Position numbers and translations under genes: made by a program. Of a stretch of DNA of 64,000 nucleotides, positions 12,361 through 25,295 are shown one piece after another; the first letter of the stretch is position 1, and every line of letters starts with the position of its first letter. Under the pieces are notes generated by a model, which was not told the DNA's origin, made no database searches, and worked only from the letters and a program-made list of their open reading frames with translations. Source of the DNA: Octopus sinensis (Eukaryota); assembly GCF_006345805.1 (NCBI RefSeq), contig NC_043012.1, forward strand, positions 7,192,001 through 7,256,000, read 5' to 3'.

Positions 12361-13195
12361 CCTTTTTTAGTTTCAGCTCAGAGATGTGGCCATGCTGTGG
12401 CACCGCCGTTTTGCTACACTGTTATTATTGAGAGCCTCCTCTAATATGTGGCATTTGGTGAATAAAGGAGTTTGATCTTGCTACCCTCATCTGCACCTCT
12501 GGCCACGAAGTAAGTTCATCTGAACTCTCGACAGGAAGAGGTACAGTTTTGATTTGAAACACCTACGTCCACTTTGTGTAGGTCCCTCAGGCTCTTTGGG
12601 AAAATATTAAAAAGCTGTGAGACCCTGAAACCCAGGCTGTTGCAGTAACTGGTCCTGAAGTGTGATGGCATTGTTGGTATCTTTGGCACTGTGCAGTGTC
12701 GACCCGTTCTGGCATTGGTGTAGCTTTCAATGCAAAAATTTGGCACAATTCCTTCGAGGATCTTCCAGGTGTATATTACTGCATATCTCTCTTGCCTTCT
12801 CTTCAGGGAGTAGAGTCTTAGCAGTTTCAGCCTTTCCCAGTAGCTGAGCTGTTGTAATGAAACGATCTTTGTGAAGCTTCTCTGGGTTGCTTCAAGGTCC
12901 GCTGTTAATTTTACTCTCTTGGGTGACCATAGCTGAGAGCAGTAATCCAAGCGGCTGAGGACAAATGTCCTCCAGAGGACCATCATAGTTTCCTTATCTC
13001 TGGTTCTGAACGTTCTCAGGATCCATCCATCCAGCCATCTGCACTTCGTCACCATCCTGTTAATGTGCAATTGGAAAGAGGTGTCATCACTCATGTCGAT
13101 ACCCAGGCCCCTTACTGATTTAGGCTCTGGTATTGTAATCTCCTGTTGACCAGTGCATTCTGTAAGTTTTATATTCAGTTTTGGACGCTGATAGC
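12361..13195 (-). mobile_element. CR1/L2-group LINE, 5'-truncated, with complete 3' end
   Basis: RLDYCSQLWSP..LEATQRSFTK..LSYWERLKLLRLYSL.RRQERYAVIYTWKILEG..PN; tail GGCGGTGCCACAGCATGGCCAC..CTGAAAC. Confidence 0.9.
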
Positions 13196-13339
13196 ATATA
13201 AATATATATACATATACCACGTTATAGCATGCTATAACATAGCTCTGGCAGATGGCTCTTTCGGGGACAGCCGCAATACATTGCCAAAGATGAAACACGT
13301 AGAGATATCTCGTTGGTGCCCTATACTCCACACTGAATC

Positions 13340-13552
13340 AAATGAAGAAGAAGAAGAAGAGGAAGAGAAGAAGGAGTAGAGGAGGAAGGGAAGGGTAGAG
13401 GATTAAGAGGATGACAAAGAGGAGCAGGAGGGGTTTCAGAAACAGCAACTGCAAGAGGAGGAGGAACAATTGGAGGAACAGACGGACAGGAAGAGGAACA
13501 GACGAACAGGAAGAGAAAGGGTGGACAAGAAGAAGAAGAAGAAGAAGAAGAA

Positions 13553-13584
<32 letters not shown>

Positions 13585-13750
13585 AGATGGAGGAGGAGGT
13601 GGAGGTGGAGGAGAAGAAGAAGAAGAAGAGGGAGGAGGAGAAATGGGAGAAGGAGGAACAGGAAGAGGAAGAAGTGCAGCAGAAGGAGCAGGAAAACGGG
13701 AGAGGAAGGGGAGGGGAAATAAGAAAAAAGGATGTTGATGATGATGATAA
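13340..13750. repeat. purine-rich (GAA/GGA)n low-complexity tract
   Basis: direct. Confidence 0.95.
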
Positions 13751-14437
13751 AAACTACTTTATGTCTTTTGTTCAAAATATTCCAAGCGTTGCACTGCCTC
13801 AAAATGCATTCTCCTATAATTTCCACGAAGGCGCTGGTATGTAGTTGCTCGTTCCGCTAGAAATAGGAGCCAATGTCTATCAAATCACAACATTCTTTCT
13901 TAAACACCATAGATCGTATAAGATAATGCAGTAATGGTCACATTTGGAAGTCTTATCTTTCGTCACAGTTCTGCTCAGTTCTGCTTCAATCACAACGGAA
14001 CTGGAACCAAACAACAATAACAATAGAACGAGCAACATCAACTACACATGCCTATCGCAAAGAAGGTAAACAAGTTCAATTCTATAGCTAATATTATATA
14101 TTATAATGGGATCTGACTTATATGGTTTGAAAGAATTTCGACCTTTCAATTGAACTAGACTGCTATAGAATAACATAATTAAAGCAATCGCAAAAAACTG
14201 AAATTTATCCATCTGCTCCTTCCCAAACCCAAACGATTATAGATAATTAGCAGATAAAAACAATGCCTCGTGTTTTGACATTTACTTTGGCCATGACGCA
14301 TTTATTCAAATTTCTTTATTTCTTTTTCCTTTGTTTTGTTTTTGTTTTTGATTTCCAATTTCTGACAAGCAGACGACACAGGAAAAAAAAACTATGCTGC
14401 TGGTTGAAAATTCAAATAGGAAGGAGGGAAAAAAGGC

Positions 14438-14479
<42 letters not shown>

Positions 14480-15083
14480 ATACTGCTGCTGCTACTACTG
14501 CTACTGCTACTGCTGCTGCTGCTGCAAATAGAAAGTGCAGGTTATTGATAAAACAAAGGTAATATACGATTATCATTAACCGTTATGTTGCTAGCTAGAA
14601 CTTCTCTAAAGTCCTATAAAGTAATTCAGATTAATTCTCTTGAATTAAAGATTAATAAATGAGAGTCTACTAAACAAAGAGAATACTTAATAACGGAATT
14701 CACTGTTGTCCAATGACCATATTAAAAGACTCATCTTATGAACCTCAACTCACTGCTTTCTTTATATTTCATCAGAAGATAACAGAAACGGCTTTAAAGA
14801 TTCTGTTTCTTATGGCGTCGCCAAGTGGAAAAATCTTTAAAACAAAATAAACCTGGTCCGCCACCAATACCAAAGCATTGTCTTAGAAATAAGATAACAT
14901 TTATCTATTTATCAACCTTACTTTTTTCAACTAGAATTGATAATTTTGAACGGTGTGAGTGAAATAATTTAAATAAACGTCAGAGATGCAGGAGAAACTG
15001 CATGTCTGAAACTGCAGGAGAAACTCCGAGGTTTTGCAAGCTTTTCTAAATTCATTGCAATGCAGGAAACACTTTTGTATTTT

Positions 15084-15476
15084 TAGCAGGTATCTCAGGG
15101 TCACAGGCGTTTCGGCCCTTAGCCTGTACACTTCACCTGAGTGGGTTAGCGAGGACTGAACTAGTCTTCACCTGTTGAAGGGTTCTACTTGCGTCGCTTA
15201 TCAACCATGGCCACCTTGAGCTAATTTCAGCTGTCTTGGCTTGTCTCCATGATGGCTTTCTTTAGTTGTCTAGGTTCCAGATCTATTTTCTGTAAGAGAT
15301 AGCGCACTAATCCAACAGGAAAGCAGTGGTAGCCGACTTCAGTGGAGAATAAGGCCGTACGCTCTCCTTTCACAAGGGCCTCATCGACTAAATCCTGCTA
15401 TTTCGCTCTCGTTAATTAGTGAGAAATATCGAGTCTGTCCTCTTAGGGCACTGTGAGTTCGATCACGAAGATTTTT
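15084..15476 (-). mobile_element. Hero-clade LINE 3' end, decayed
   Basis: manual translation IELTVP*ED..RAK*QDLVDE..G..EVGYHCF matches the Hero REL pattern IELTVPWE..KY..L..EVGCRGF; UTR GGCCGAAACGCC..TGACCC. Confidence 0.7.
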
Positions 15477-16247
15477 TATATTCCTGGACAAATTAATCAT
15501 GCTATTTCCACCTAAGTATTATATTTCCTAATTTGTCTTGTCGAACATTTAACACACATCTAAAACGATTTATCCGAGACTTCTTTCGCCCATATGCTGA
15601 CACTTTTCAAACGCCACTGGAACCAATCAAAGGGAGGAAACGGCATCTGGCCCAGAAAATTTTGAAAATATTTCCGAGTGCACATGACGAGGAAATAACT
15701 ACTTTAAAAAAAAAACATTTTCAGTCATATGACTAATGAAGTGGTAGTGCTTCACACCTGACGAGAGAACCTGTTAATAAATACGTAAGTTATCTACTGC
15801 CACCTGAGATCGTGAAAACCGTAAAATTTTTTAAATTCCGTCAATCGATGGTTCGAAACAAAATTGCTGGAACTGGGGAAATCACAAGGGATTGGTTTTT
15901 CAAGAGACGGAAAAGAGTCGATTTGGATCAGTTGCTTTCGAGGGATCAAGATAATTAGTTGATGAGGATCAACTCTACATTATATTGTTCATTGTGTTCT
16001 CTAGCAGATTTTTGCCTGAACATGCATTCCCAATATATCTTTGATTGAGAAATTATATATACATGTGTGTATGTACAAGTGTGTGACAAACAAAAGAAAG
16101 TGGGTCCTCAACACATTTGACAATTTTATTCAGCTTCATGTGAAGTAATTTTCGTCAAGATTCGTTCTACCTGCCTACGAAAGTAGCATAGAGCTGAGTC
16201 AAACTGGTGTAAAATTTTATTTTCACTGCTGAACTCTACACGTTTTG

Positions 16248-16308
<61 letters not shown>

Positions 16309-16309
16309 T

Positions 16310-16450
16310 TGTTTATCCCTCTTCTTATTTTCTGTTGAAGAGCTTAAGCTCGAAACGTAAAGGACTTTTTCATTTTTCCTCGAGCGTCAAACTAATACAC
16401 TTACTTGTTTTTCATACACCTGACTTCGTCTTTTGTTTTTCTATAAATTC
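16310..16450 (+). mobile_element. Penelope pLTR-like remnant, related to 45000-45200
   Basis: CTGTTGA-AGAGC-TTAA-GCTC-GAAAC motif followed by GAGCGTCAAACTAATA, shared with the 45-kb copy. Confidence 0.45.
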
Positions 16451-16451
16451 C

Positions 16452-16504
<53 letters not shown>

Positions 16505-16511
16505 GTGTATG

Positions 16512-16600
<89 letters not shown>

Positions 16601-16611
16601 GTGTATGTATG

Positions 16612-16746
<135 letters not shown>

Positions 16747-17010
16747 TGACATTAAGTGCAAGACATCACCAGCGAGTGAATAATACGTAAACATACGAGA
16801 GAGAAGTACAGGTCAAAATACCAAAAGAAGTTTAACTTCTCCTCAGTTGTCGACTGTTTATTACTATCAGTTTCGTATTTGTCCTGTACTTAATGTGTAT
16901 TTTTAATTATTTATAATTGAACATCACGCAGCCTTTGTCAACAGTAAGTTTTTACACACACACACGTATGTATGTATGTATGTATGTATGTATGTATGTA
17001 TGTATGTATG

Positions 17011-17043
<33 letters not shown>

Positions 17044-17875
17044 CGCTTACTAGTTCATAAATCCGCAAAAATGACACTCTAAAGCTTAAGAGCAATAATA
17101 CTTAAGAGGTTGTTGGTTAAAACTGGCCAGAGAATGACCATCGGTCTCGCATCAAAAATCCTGAAACCAAACTCTACTGTTCGACAATACTTCTGGGTGA
17201 GATGGCGCTTCCTCCCCTTGATTAATTCCAGTTGCGCCTGAAAAGAATCAGCATACGGACGATTATTTTCACAAGTGGGCAAGCGGAGACTTCCATGCTT
17301 CGAACTTGAATTTCCTCTGATGAGGGTACTGACTAAAATTTTCTTTTCTGAAGTTTAAGGAGAACCCTTGGTCAAGCGATTTCTGCAAGACTCTTACTCT
17401 CTCGGGGAGGCAAACTTTATATCATTTGATCCCGTTAAAGTATGGCCTAGGTTGTTCTAGGAGCTTCCATTTAATTATAATTTTCCAATTAATTATAATT
17501 TTAAACGCCATCCGTAACTGGCAAAGGATGCAAGTTTCCGTCTCTCTGGGATCTCTAAAAGAGGACTTGTGATCGCTAAGACGTTGCTCCTACAGCAACA
17601 ACACCAACAATAACAATGAGTCCGAAGGTATCAGCATCAACAGCAGCGATAGCGGTAGCAACAGCAACAACTACAACACCAGCACCACGTCTTGCAATAG
17701 AAGCAACAATAACAGCAGCAGCTTCAGCAGCTGCACCAGCAACGTTTCCGGCAGTAACAACAGCAACTGCAGCACAACCAGCACAAGAGCACAGACACGG
17801 AAATATGTTGGAGCTAGAGAGACTCTCCTACTGTTGTGATTTGAATGTTCATTTCCTCTTGTATTATAAATTAGA

Positions 17876-18046
17876 TTATATAGTGGCTGTGTGGTAAGTA
17901 GCTTGCTTACCAACCACATGGTTCCGGGTTCAGTCCCACTGCGTGGCATCTTGGGCAAGTGTCTTCTACTATAGCCTCGGGCCGACCAAAGCCTTGTGAG
18001 TGGATTTGGTAGACGGAAACTGAAAGAAGCCCGTCGTATATATATG

Positions 18047-18079
<33 letters not shown>

Positions 18080-18290
18080 TTGTGTGTCTGTGTTTGTCCC
18101 CCTAGCATTGCTTGACAACCGATGCTGGTGTGTTTACGTCCCCGTCACTTAGCGGTTCGGCAAAAGAGACCGATAGAATAAGTACTGGGCTTACAAAGAA
18201 TTAGTCCCGGGGTCGATTTGCTCGACTAAAGACAGTGCTCCAGCATGGCCGCTGTCAAATGACTGAAACAAGTAAAAGAGTAAAAGAGAA
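17876..18290 (+). mobile_element. SINE family A, near-consensus full copy
   Basis: all modules intact; tail AAGTAAAAGAG. Confidence 0.93.
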
Positions 18291-18346
18291 AGAGAGTATA
18301 TATATATATCGATGTGTGTGTGTGTGTGTGTAATCTTAATTATATA

Positions 18347-18592
18347 TTGAGTTGGTGCATAATTATTGCGGCTTTTTTCAACAAATTTTATTCAACAAAA
18401 AGAATAACAATATTTAGTAAAAACATCTTCAAATAACGGTATGGCCTTCTGCCAAGCAGATGGGAAGCAGTAATTGAAGTAGATGGTGAATGTGCTCCGG
18501 AATAATTATTTAAAGGTGTTTTGGTGAAATGTTATTGTTTTGTTGAATAAGATTTGTTGAAATAAACCCGCAATAATTATGCACCAACCCAA
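18347..18592 (+). mobile_element. mariner internal-deletion derivative (MITE)
   Basis: ~29-bp TIRs TTGRGTTGGTGCATAATTATTGCGG (Hsmar1-like), TA TSD on both sides, internal LPSRWEAVIEVDGEC* transposase C-terminus. Confidence 0.9.
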
Positions 18593-18604
18593 TATATAAA
18601 TATG

Positions 18605-18652
<48 letters not shown>

Positions 18653-18724
18653 AATGTGTGTGCGTGTGTAATTCACAAATAAAGAAATTCTATCCAACGT
18701 TGTGTTGAGCTCTCGTTTTCATCG

Positions 18725-19130
18725 TTCGACATTTACCTATAGTCTTTTACTATTTTACTTGTTTCAATCATTTGGCTGCAGCCATACTGGAGCATCGCCT
18801 TCAGTCAAACAAATCACCCCCACCCCAGTACTTATTCTTTGTAAGCCTAGTACTTATTCTATCGGTATCTTTTGCCGAACCGCTAAATTACTGAGACGTG
18901 AACACACCAGCATTGTCTGTCAAGTCATGGTGGGGGTGACGAAGACAGATAAACAAAAACATATATGACGGGCTTCTTACAGTTTCCGTCTACCAAGTCC
19001 ACTCAGAAAGTTTTGGTCGGCCCGAGGGTATAGCAGAAGACAGTTGCCCAAGGTACCACGCAATGGGACTGAACTCGGAACCATATGGTTGAGAATCAAG
19101 CTTCTTACCATACAGCCATGCCTGCGCCTA
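18725..19130 (-). mobile_element. SINE family A
   Basis: reverse complement of the A consensus. Confidence 0.85.
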
Positions 19131-20236
19131 TATATGTATATATATATATATAATATATGTATGTACACATGCATATATATAGGTATGTGTATGTATGTAT
19201 GTATGTATGTGTGTATGCTTATCTGTATGCATATATATATACATGCATGGGAGTAAATGAAGTGTTGCATGCAGAGATGTCTTTATAAAAATCCAGGTTT
19301 CCAAATCGAAGTAGCAGCTTGGTTTCCCTTTCTCTTGTATTATCATTCTCAATATTTCGGCCATATTATGTATTCAAATTGGTCTTCCAGTGTTGTGTTG
19401 GCAGTAATGTGGTATGTTACAGGAAGATGTGATGGTAATGTTCTCCAAACAGCTAACCATTTCACCTGTTGTCGGAACCCTAGGGGCTCAATTGCAGAAT
19501 GTTAGCCTAAAGCATATTGTTGACACAGATCGATAATCGATCAAATTGACTCCAACATTTTACCTGTACATTATCTTATCGACCCGGAAGAATAGAAGTT
19601 AAATTCAACCTCAATGAGATTTGCACTCAAAACGTAAAGAGCAGCTATAACAAATACTGCAACGGAATTTGCCCAACGGTCTAACGGATCTGCTAATCCA
19701 CCAGTTTTTATGCAACAAGAGCAGATAATCTGATTTAAAAGCCCCAACGCTTAAATTACTGATTTAATAACAATTTTGCTCTTTACTCGTCTCTGTCTTT
19801 TGTTTGTTTCATTTGATTCTTTATCTTTGTTAGTTTTCTCATTTGCTAATGTACTTGAAAACTAGATAGAATTTAACATGGTGAGGTACATTGACGTCAC
19901 ACGGAAGCTTAATGTGTTCAAAAGAAAAAGAAAAGAGCGAAGACAAAGGCTTCTAGCTAGGCGTCATAATTCCTATTCTGACATGTTCCTCTAACTATCC
20001 CTAATTCATTATTTTCTTTTATGCATCTCATTCCAACACACACACACACACTTACACACACACATTTACATACACACCTATATTCCTTCATCTCTCTCGT
20101 TTTCTTCTTTTTTTCTCTCTTTCTTCCATTACCTTTATATAGTAAAAGAAGGTTTTACTCATTCTTAAATGGCCGTGTGCAAATCAACCATACGATATAT
20201 GGATTGTGAAAACATATACACCAATGGACCTCCACA

Positions 20237-20278
20237 TATACGTTTTTACGATCCATTAATGGATCGTAAAAACGTATA
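20237..20278. repeat. perfect 42-bp loopless palindrome
   Basis: TATACGTTTTTACGATCCATT|AATGGATCGTAAAAACGTATA. Confidence 0.95.
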
Positions 20279-21114
20279 CACCAACCAGAATAAAATCTAA
20301 TCATTGATTTGGCCATCGAGGCGCCTCTTCTTTTGGGTAATTTGTATCATGTGCAAATCTGAATGACTACGTTAATCTATAACCACGGCTAATATTCATA
20401 GAACGATTTACACAGAGCACAGAAAGCTAAAGAAATTTCAAATCGCTTCTGCTATCTCTAGTGTGCAACTGTATAGCCATTGCTATTTATAACAATTTCG
20501 TTTCTGGATGATATTAAAAATGGAATATCTTTATTATGGTGTCAAACCCCATCCGGGTTTGTCCAACAGACTATCGACAAAGCAAGCAGTGACTCGTGCA
20601 GAGGAATACAGACACGTGACTTACATAATCACTTGTTATCATCACAATAGATATGGATTATCAACCGGTTTTCTCTCTCATTCTTTCATTCTCTCTTTCA
20701 CTATGTGTCTATCTCCCTTCATACGCGTTCTCATTTTCCGCTCTGTGATACTAGAAGGTTTGGCCCCACACCACTCACCTGATCCATGAAGTTTTATAGG
20801 GTTGCCACAGCTTAGACGGTCGAATTGTTCCTGCCTTATGGTAGGATATATTATCATATTCGTTCTGAATAAGTGGAGAAGAGAACCTCACTCGTGTAAT
20901 GGAGGCAGCGTCTTCTTTAACAAAATAATTGAGAAACGCAGGAAGAAAGAACTCAAACAAAACAAAAGATTAGAACATCTAAAACACTGCATCGCTGTAT
21001 CGACCTGACAATCGGATGCTGTTATACCCCACTGGTCACAATGCGCTTCCTCGCATTGTTTAGCTTTCCCATGTTACCACTCCGCTGGCTAGGTATGTCT
21101 TTTATATTTTAGCT

Positions 21115-21330
21115 TTTACATATCTCAGTCATTGGACTGCGGCCATGCTGGAGCACCGCCTTGAAGGGTTGTTTTTCAGTTGAAGAAATCGAAGCCAGGG
21201 CCTCATTCTTTTAAAACTTGGTGCTTATGCTATCGGTCTTTATTGCCGAACCGTTAAGTTACGGGAATGTAAACGCACCCCACCAGTGGTGGGGGAGACA
21301 AACACAAATACACACGCACACACACACACG

Positions 21331-21379
<49 letters not shown>

Positions 21380-21534
21380 GTCAGGCTTCTTTCAGTTTCC
21401 GTCCACTAAATCCTCTCACAAGGCTTTGGTCGGCCCGAGGCTTCAGTAAAGGACACTTGCCCAAGGTGCCACTCAGTGGGAATGAACCCCGAACCATGTG
21501 GTGGAGAGGCAAGCTTCTTACCACACAGCCACGC
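21115..21534 (-). mobile_element. SINE family A
   Basis: reverse complement of the A consensus. Confidence 0.88.
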
Positions 21535-21540
21535 AGAAGT

Positions 21541-21955
21541 GAGTGATTGAGAAGCTTTGTTCCCAACCATGTGGCCTTGGTTTCAGTCCCACTATGCGGT
21601 ATTGTGGACAAGTGTCGTCTACTATAGCCATGGGCCGATCATATGCGTGTAACAGGATTCGCCTGATGGAAACTGAAAGAAGCCCGTCTTGTATGTGTTT
21701 GTATGCCTATGTGCGTGTCTGCGTATGTGTGTGTGTGCTGGTGTGTCTTAGTACTTGTGTTTGACCCCTATCATCGATTGACAACCGGTGTTGGTTTGTT
21801 TACTTTCCGATAACGTAGCGGTTCGGCAAATTGAACGGAGAGAATAGATACCAGACTTATAATATAAATACTGAGGGTTGATTCGTTCGACTAAACGCTA
21901 CAGGGCTCTGCACCAGAATGGCCACAGTGCAATGATTGAAACAAAATTTAAAAGA
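21541..21955 (+). mobile_element. SINE family A, head-to-head with the previous copy
   Basis: A consensus. Confidence 0.85.
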
Positions 21956-22061
21956 TATACGCCTGTGTGTGTGTGTGTACGGGCGTGTGCGTGTTTATGT
22001 GTGTGTGTGTGTGTGATTGTATGTGTATGTAAGTTTATGTATGAGTTAGTTGATATGTATG

Positions 22062-22128
<67 letters not shown>

Positions 22129-22139
22129 GTGTGTTTGTT

Positions 22140-22170
<31 letters not shown>

Positions 22171-22664
22171 TTGTTTGTTTGTGTGTGTGTGTGTGTGTGT
22201 GTTTGTTTGTGTGTGTGTGTGTGTGTGTACACGCTTCCAAGCCTGAAACAGATGAAAAAAAGTCTATAGCGAAAAATATAATATTCCCATTCTGACAAGT
22301 TTAACTGATAAAGAACAAAAACTTTAATCCTCTCTCTAACAACCCTCACTGCATCTCTCTCTCTTTCTCTCTCTCTCTCACTGTCTGTCACTTTGTCTTT
22401 CAGTTTATCTCTCTCTCTCTCTTTCTCTCTCTCTCTTTCTCTCTCTCTCTTACTCTCTCGCTTTCTCTTATTTCGCTTCTGTTGTGTCACGTTCACTTTA
22501 TCTATTTGTGACACATTCACTCGTCCATTGCCTTTCTTCCTCTCTCTTTCCTCCTTTCTCTTACTCTCCCTTCCTCTTTCTTACCCTCTCTTCTTTCTTT
22601 CTTTCTTTCGTCTTCTCTCTTCCTTCTCCCTCTCTAATTTCAATCCCAATCCATACGTGCAAAG

Positions 22665-22697
<33 letters not shown>

Positions 22698-22739
22698 ATA
22701 CTACGTACACGCATCATGCGACTCATTATTTAACCAATA

Positions 22740-22756
22740 GGTTGATGATGATGATG

Positions 22757-22791
<35 letters not shown>

Positions 22792-23190
22792 AATGATGAT
22801 GATGATAATGATGATGATGATAATGATGATGATGATAATGATGATGATGATGATGGTGATGATATTGATGATGATAATGATGATGATGAAGATGATGATG
22901 ATGATGATGAGGATGATGAGGATGATGAGGATGATGATGATTATGATGATGATATTGATGATGATGATGATGAGGATGATGATGATGATATTGATGATGA
23001 TAATGATGATGATGAAGATGATGACGACGATGATGATGATGATGATGATGATGATGAGGATGATGATGATTATGATGAGGATGCTGATGATGATGATGAT
23101 GACGATGATTATGATGGTAATGGTGATAAAAATGATGATGATGACGATGACGATGATGGTGATGGGGATGACGATGATGAACATAGCGGA
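22740..23190. repeat. (GAT)n microsatellite; (GT)n at ~21965-22228
   Basis: direct. Confidence 0.97.
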
Positions 23191-24249
23191 GGGGTAAAGT
23201 GATGGCGAAAATTTCAGATAGATGAACGAAAAATTAAAAAAAAGGGAAGAAATAGAACAAAATACAACAGAAGCGAAAAGAGATCAGATTATAAAAGGAA
23301 AATAATACCAGGGAGTTAGACAAACATGGCGAACATAAAAAAAAAAAATGTTAGGATGAAGAGGAAAGGTAGGAAAAAAAGAAAGGGAGACGTTAATTGA
23401 GTGAATCCGATGGTTTAAGAAGAAAAAAAGCCTTGTTTCCTATTCAGTAATTGCACACAAAGGATCAGTGGATCACGTGTAAAAACTCTCCTGTGATTAG
23501 CTGCGCCTGCGCATGTCCAACATCTTTTTTTTGTTTCCTGTTTGTTTCATTCTGTTCCTATACAGTTATGGCTGTCCGCGTTCCTCCTGTTGTTGCTGTT
23601 GCTTTTGCAGGTTGTTGTTGTTGTTGTTGTTGTTACTTCAGTTGCTTCTCTGGTTTATTTTTATATTATATTTTATTTTTGTTTTGTTTTGGATGTTCTG
23701 ATGTTTTATTTTACTTGAGTTCTTTCTTCCTGCGTTTCTCAATTATTTTGCTAAAGAAGACTCTACGTCCATTACACGTACAGTCCTCTCGTACTAATCT
23801 ATGGCGAAGCAACTGATGGACGAGTGCTGCTTGAATGCCCATATAACACTTGAAATAAAATAAAATATGGTTTGATAGAACCATATACTTTACATGTAAT
23901 GCAAGCTCTCTGCATTCTCTGGCTATTTTTTCCATCATTCTGCAAGCTGGTAGATATTCGACCTAAAAAATAAAATTACACGGATCAGAAAAAAACAGTG
24001 GAGGAAACTTCATCGTCGAACTTCGTTTATTTCATAAGTGTTGGCATGGCTTTGCGGTTATGAAGCTGGCTTTGAAATCAAGTGGTTTCAGGTTCAGTCC
24101 CACTGCGATTCAAGCCACATTTCACGCTGCTCTCTTCTAACCGCATCAGTCATATTGTTCTTCATCTCAGACTAGTTTCTATGGTGTGCAGGTGGTCGAG
24201 ATCATAAAACTCCCACAGAAGCGGTCGCGGTTCCGTTGCAGACGTCAAG

Positions 24250-24430
24250 GCCAGTAATTTTGCAGACTTCGACCCCAGTATTTGACTGGTACTTTTATAT
24301 CATCGGCGCCGAAGGGATGAAAAGCAGGTAAAGTTGACCTCAGCGTGATTTGATCTCAGTACGCAAAGAGCAAGAAGAAAGGTCGCAAAGCATTTTGTCC
24401 GACACACAAACGATTCTGCCAGCTCAACGG
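24250..24430 (-). mobile_element. SINE family B, diverged
   Basis: core and head motifs. Confidence 0.7.
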
Positions 24431-24517
24431 GAGGACAGAATTTCCAATAAGACTGATTAGACATGGTTTAATGATTATTTTCAGAATTTAACTGAGTGAC
24501 TCTTTCTGGACAACTTT

Positions 24518-24826
24518 GCTGTTTGTTTGTTCCTACTCGAGCCATACCTGGCCCATATAAGGGCCGGTTTCCCGGTTTCATTGGCGTATAGGTTCCCCAC
24601 CTGGACAGGACGCCGGTCCGTCGCAGGTGAACTGCTAGATGCGGGAGGAAAGAGTGAGAGAAAGTTGTGGTGGAAGAGTCAGAAGAAGTTCGCCATTACC
24701 TTCTGCCGGATCCACGTGGAGCTTACGCGTTTCGCTCAGAAACACACACACTGCCCAGTCTGAGATTCGAACCCGCGATCCCCCGACTGCGAGTCCGGTG
24801 CTCTAACCACTAGGCCATGTGCATCC
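24518..24826 (-). mobile_element. SINE family C, full length
   Basis: C consensus; ACAACTTT TSD at 24510-24517 and 24827-24834. Confidence 0.92.
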
Positions 24827-25208
24827 ACAACTTTATGAACTAATATTTGCTTTCTCTCTTTCTCTGGCTGACTTTCTTACACACACACAAACACACGTGC
24901 TCGCTCTCTCTCTTTCTTTCTTTCTTTGTGTGTGTGTATGTGTATCTCCAATGGTAATTTGTTGTTTTCTTAAATCCAAAGGTTTCCCAAGCTACAATGT
25001 CGAATTTATGTCAGGTATTTCTGCCGCCGAGTCGATGAATGTAGCAAGGATTTCCGTATCGTGATCCCGAGCTATTGATGAACATATCTGATTACAAACC
25101 TGTTGAGAAAAGTAATTGATTTTGTTTATCATGCCTACGTGTGAGAGATGGATATAATGAACGATCGATTGATTGAATCACAATGTTGTCGAACATGTTT
25201 GTTGATAA

Positions 25209-25209
<1 letters not shown>

Positions 25210-25295
<86 letters not shown>

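Noticed and set aside
13338-13844. E/K/R-rich ORFs
   Set aside because: Low-complexity purine tract
17318-17340. CTGATGAGGG core
   Set aside because: No downstream GAAA or stems
20990-21095. Possible RTE-type 3' UTR remnant
   Set aside because: Recognition is from memory only, with no coding evidence in the window
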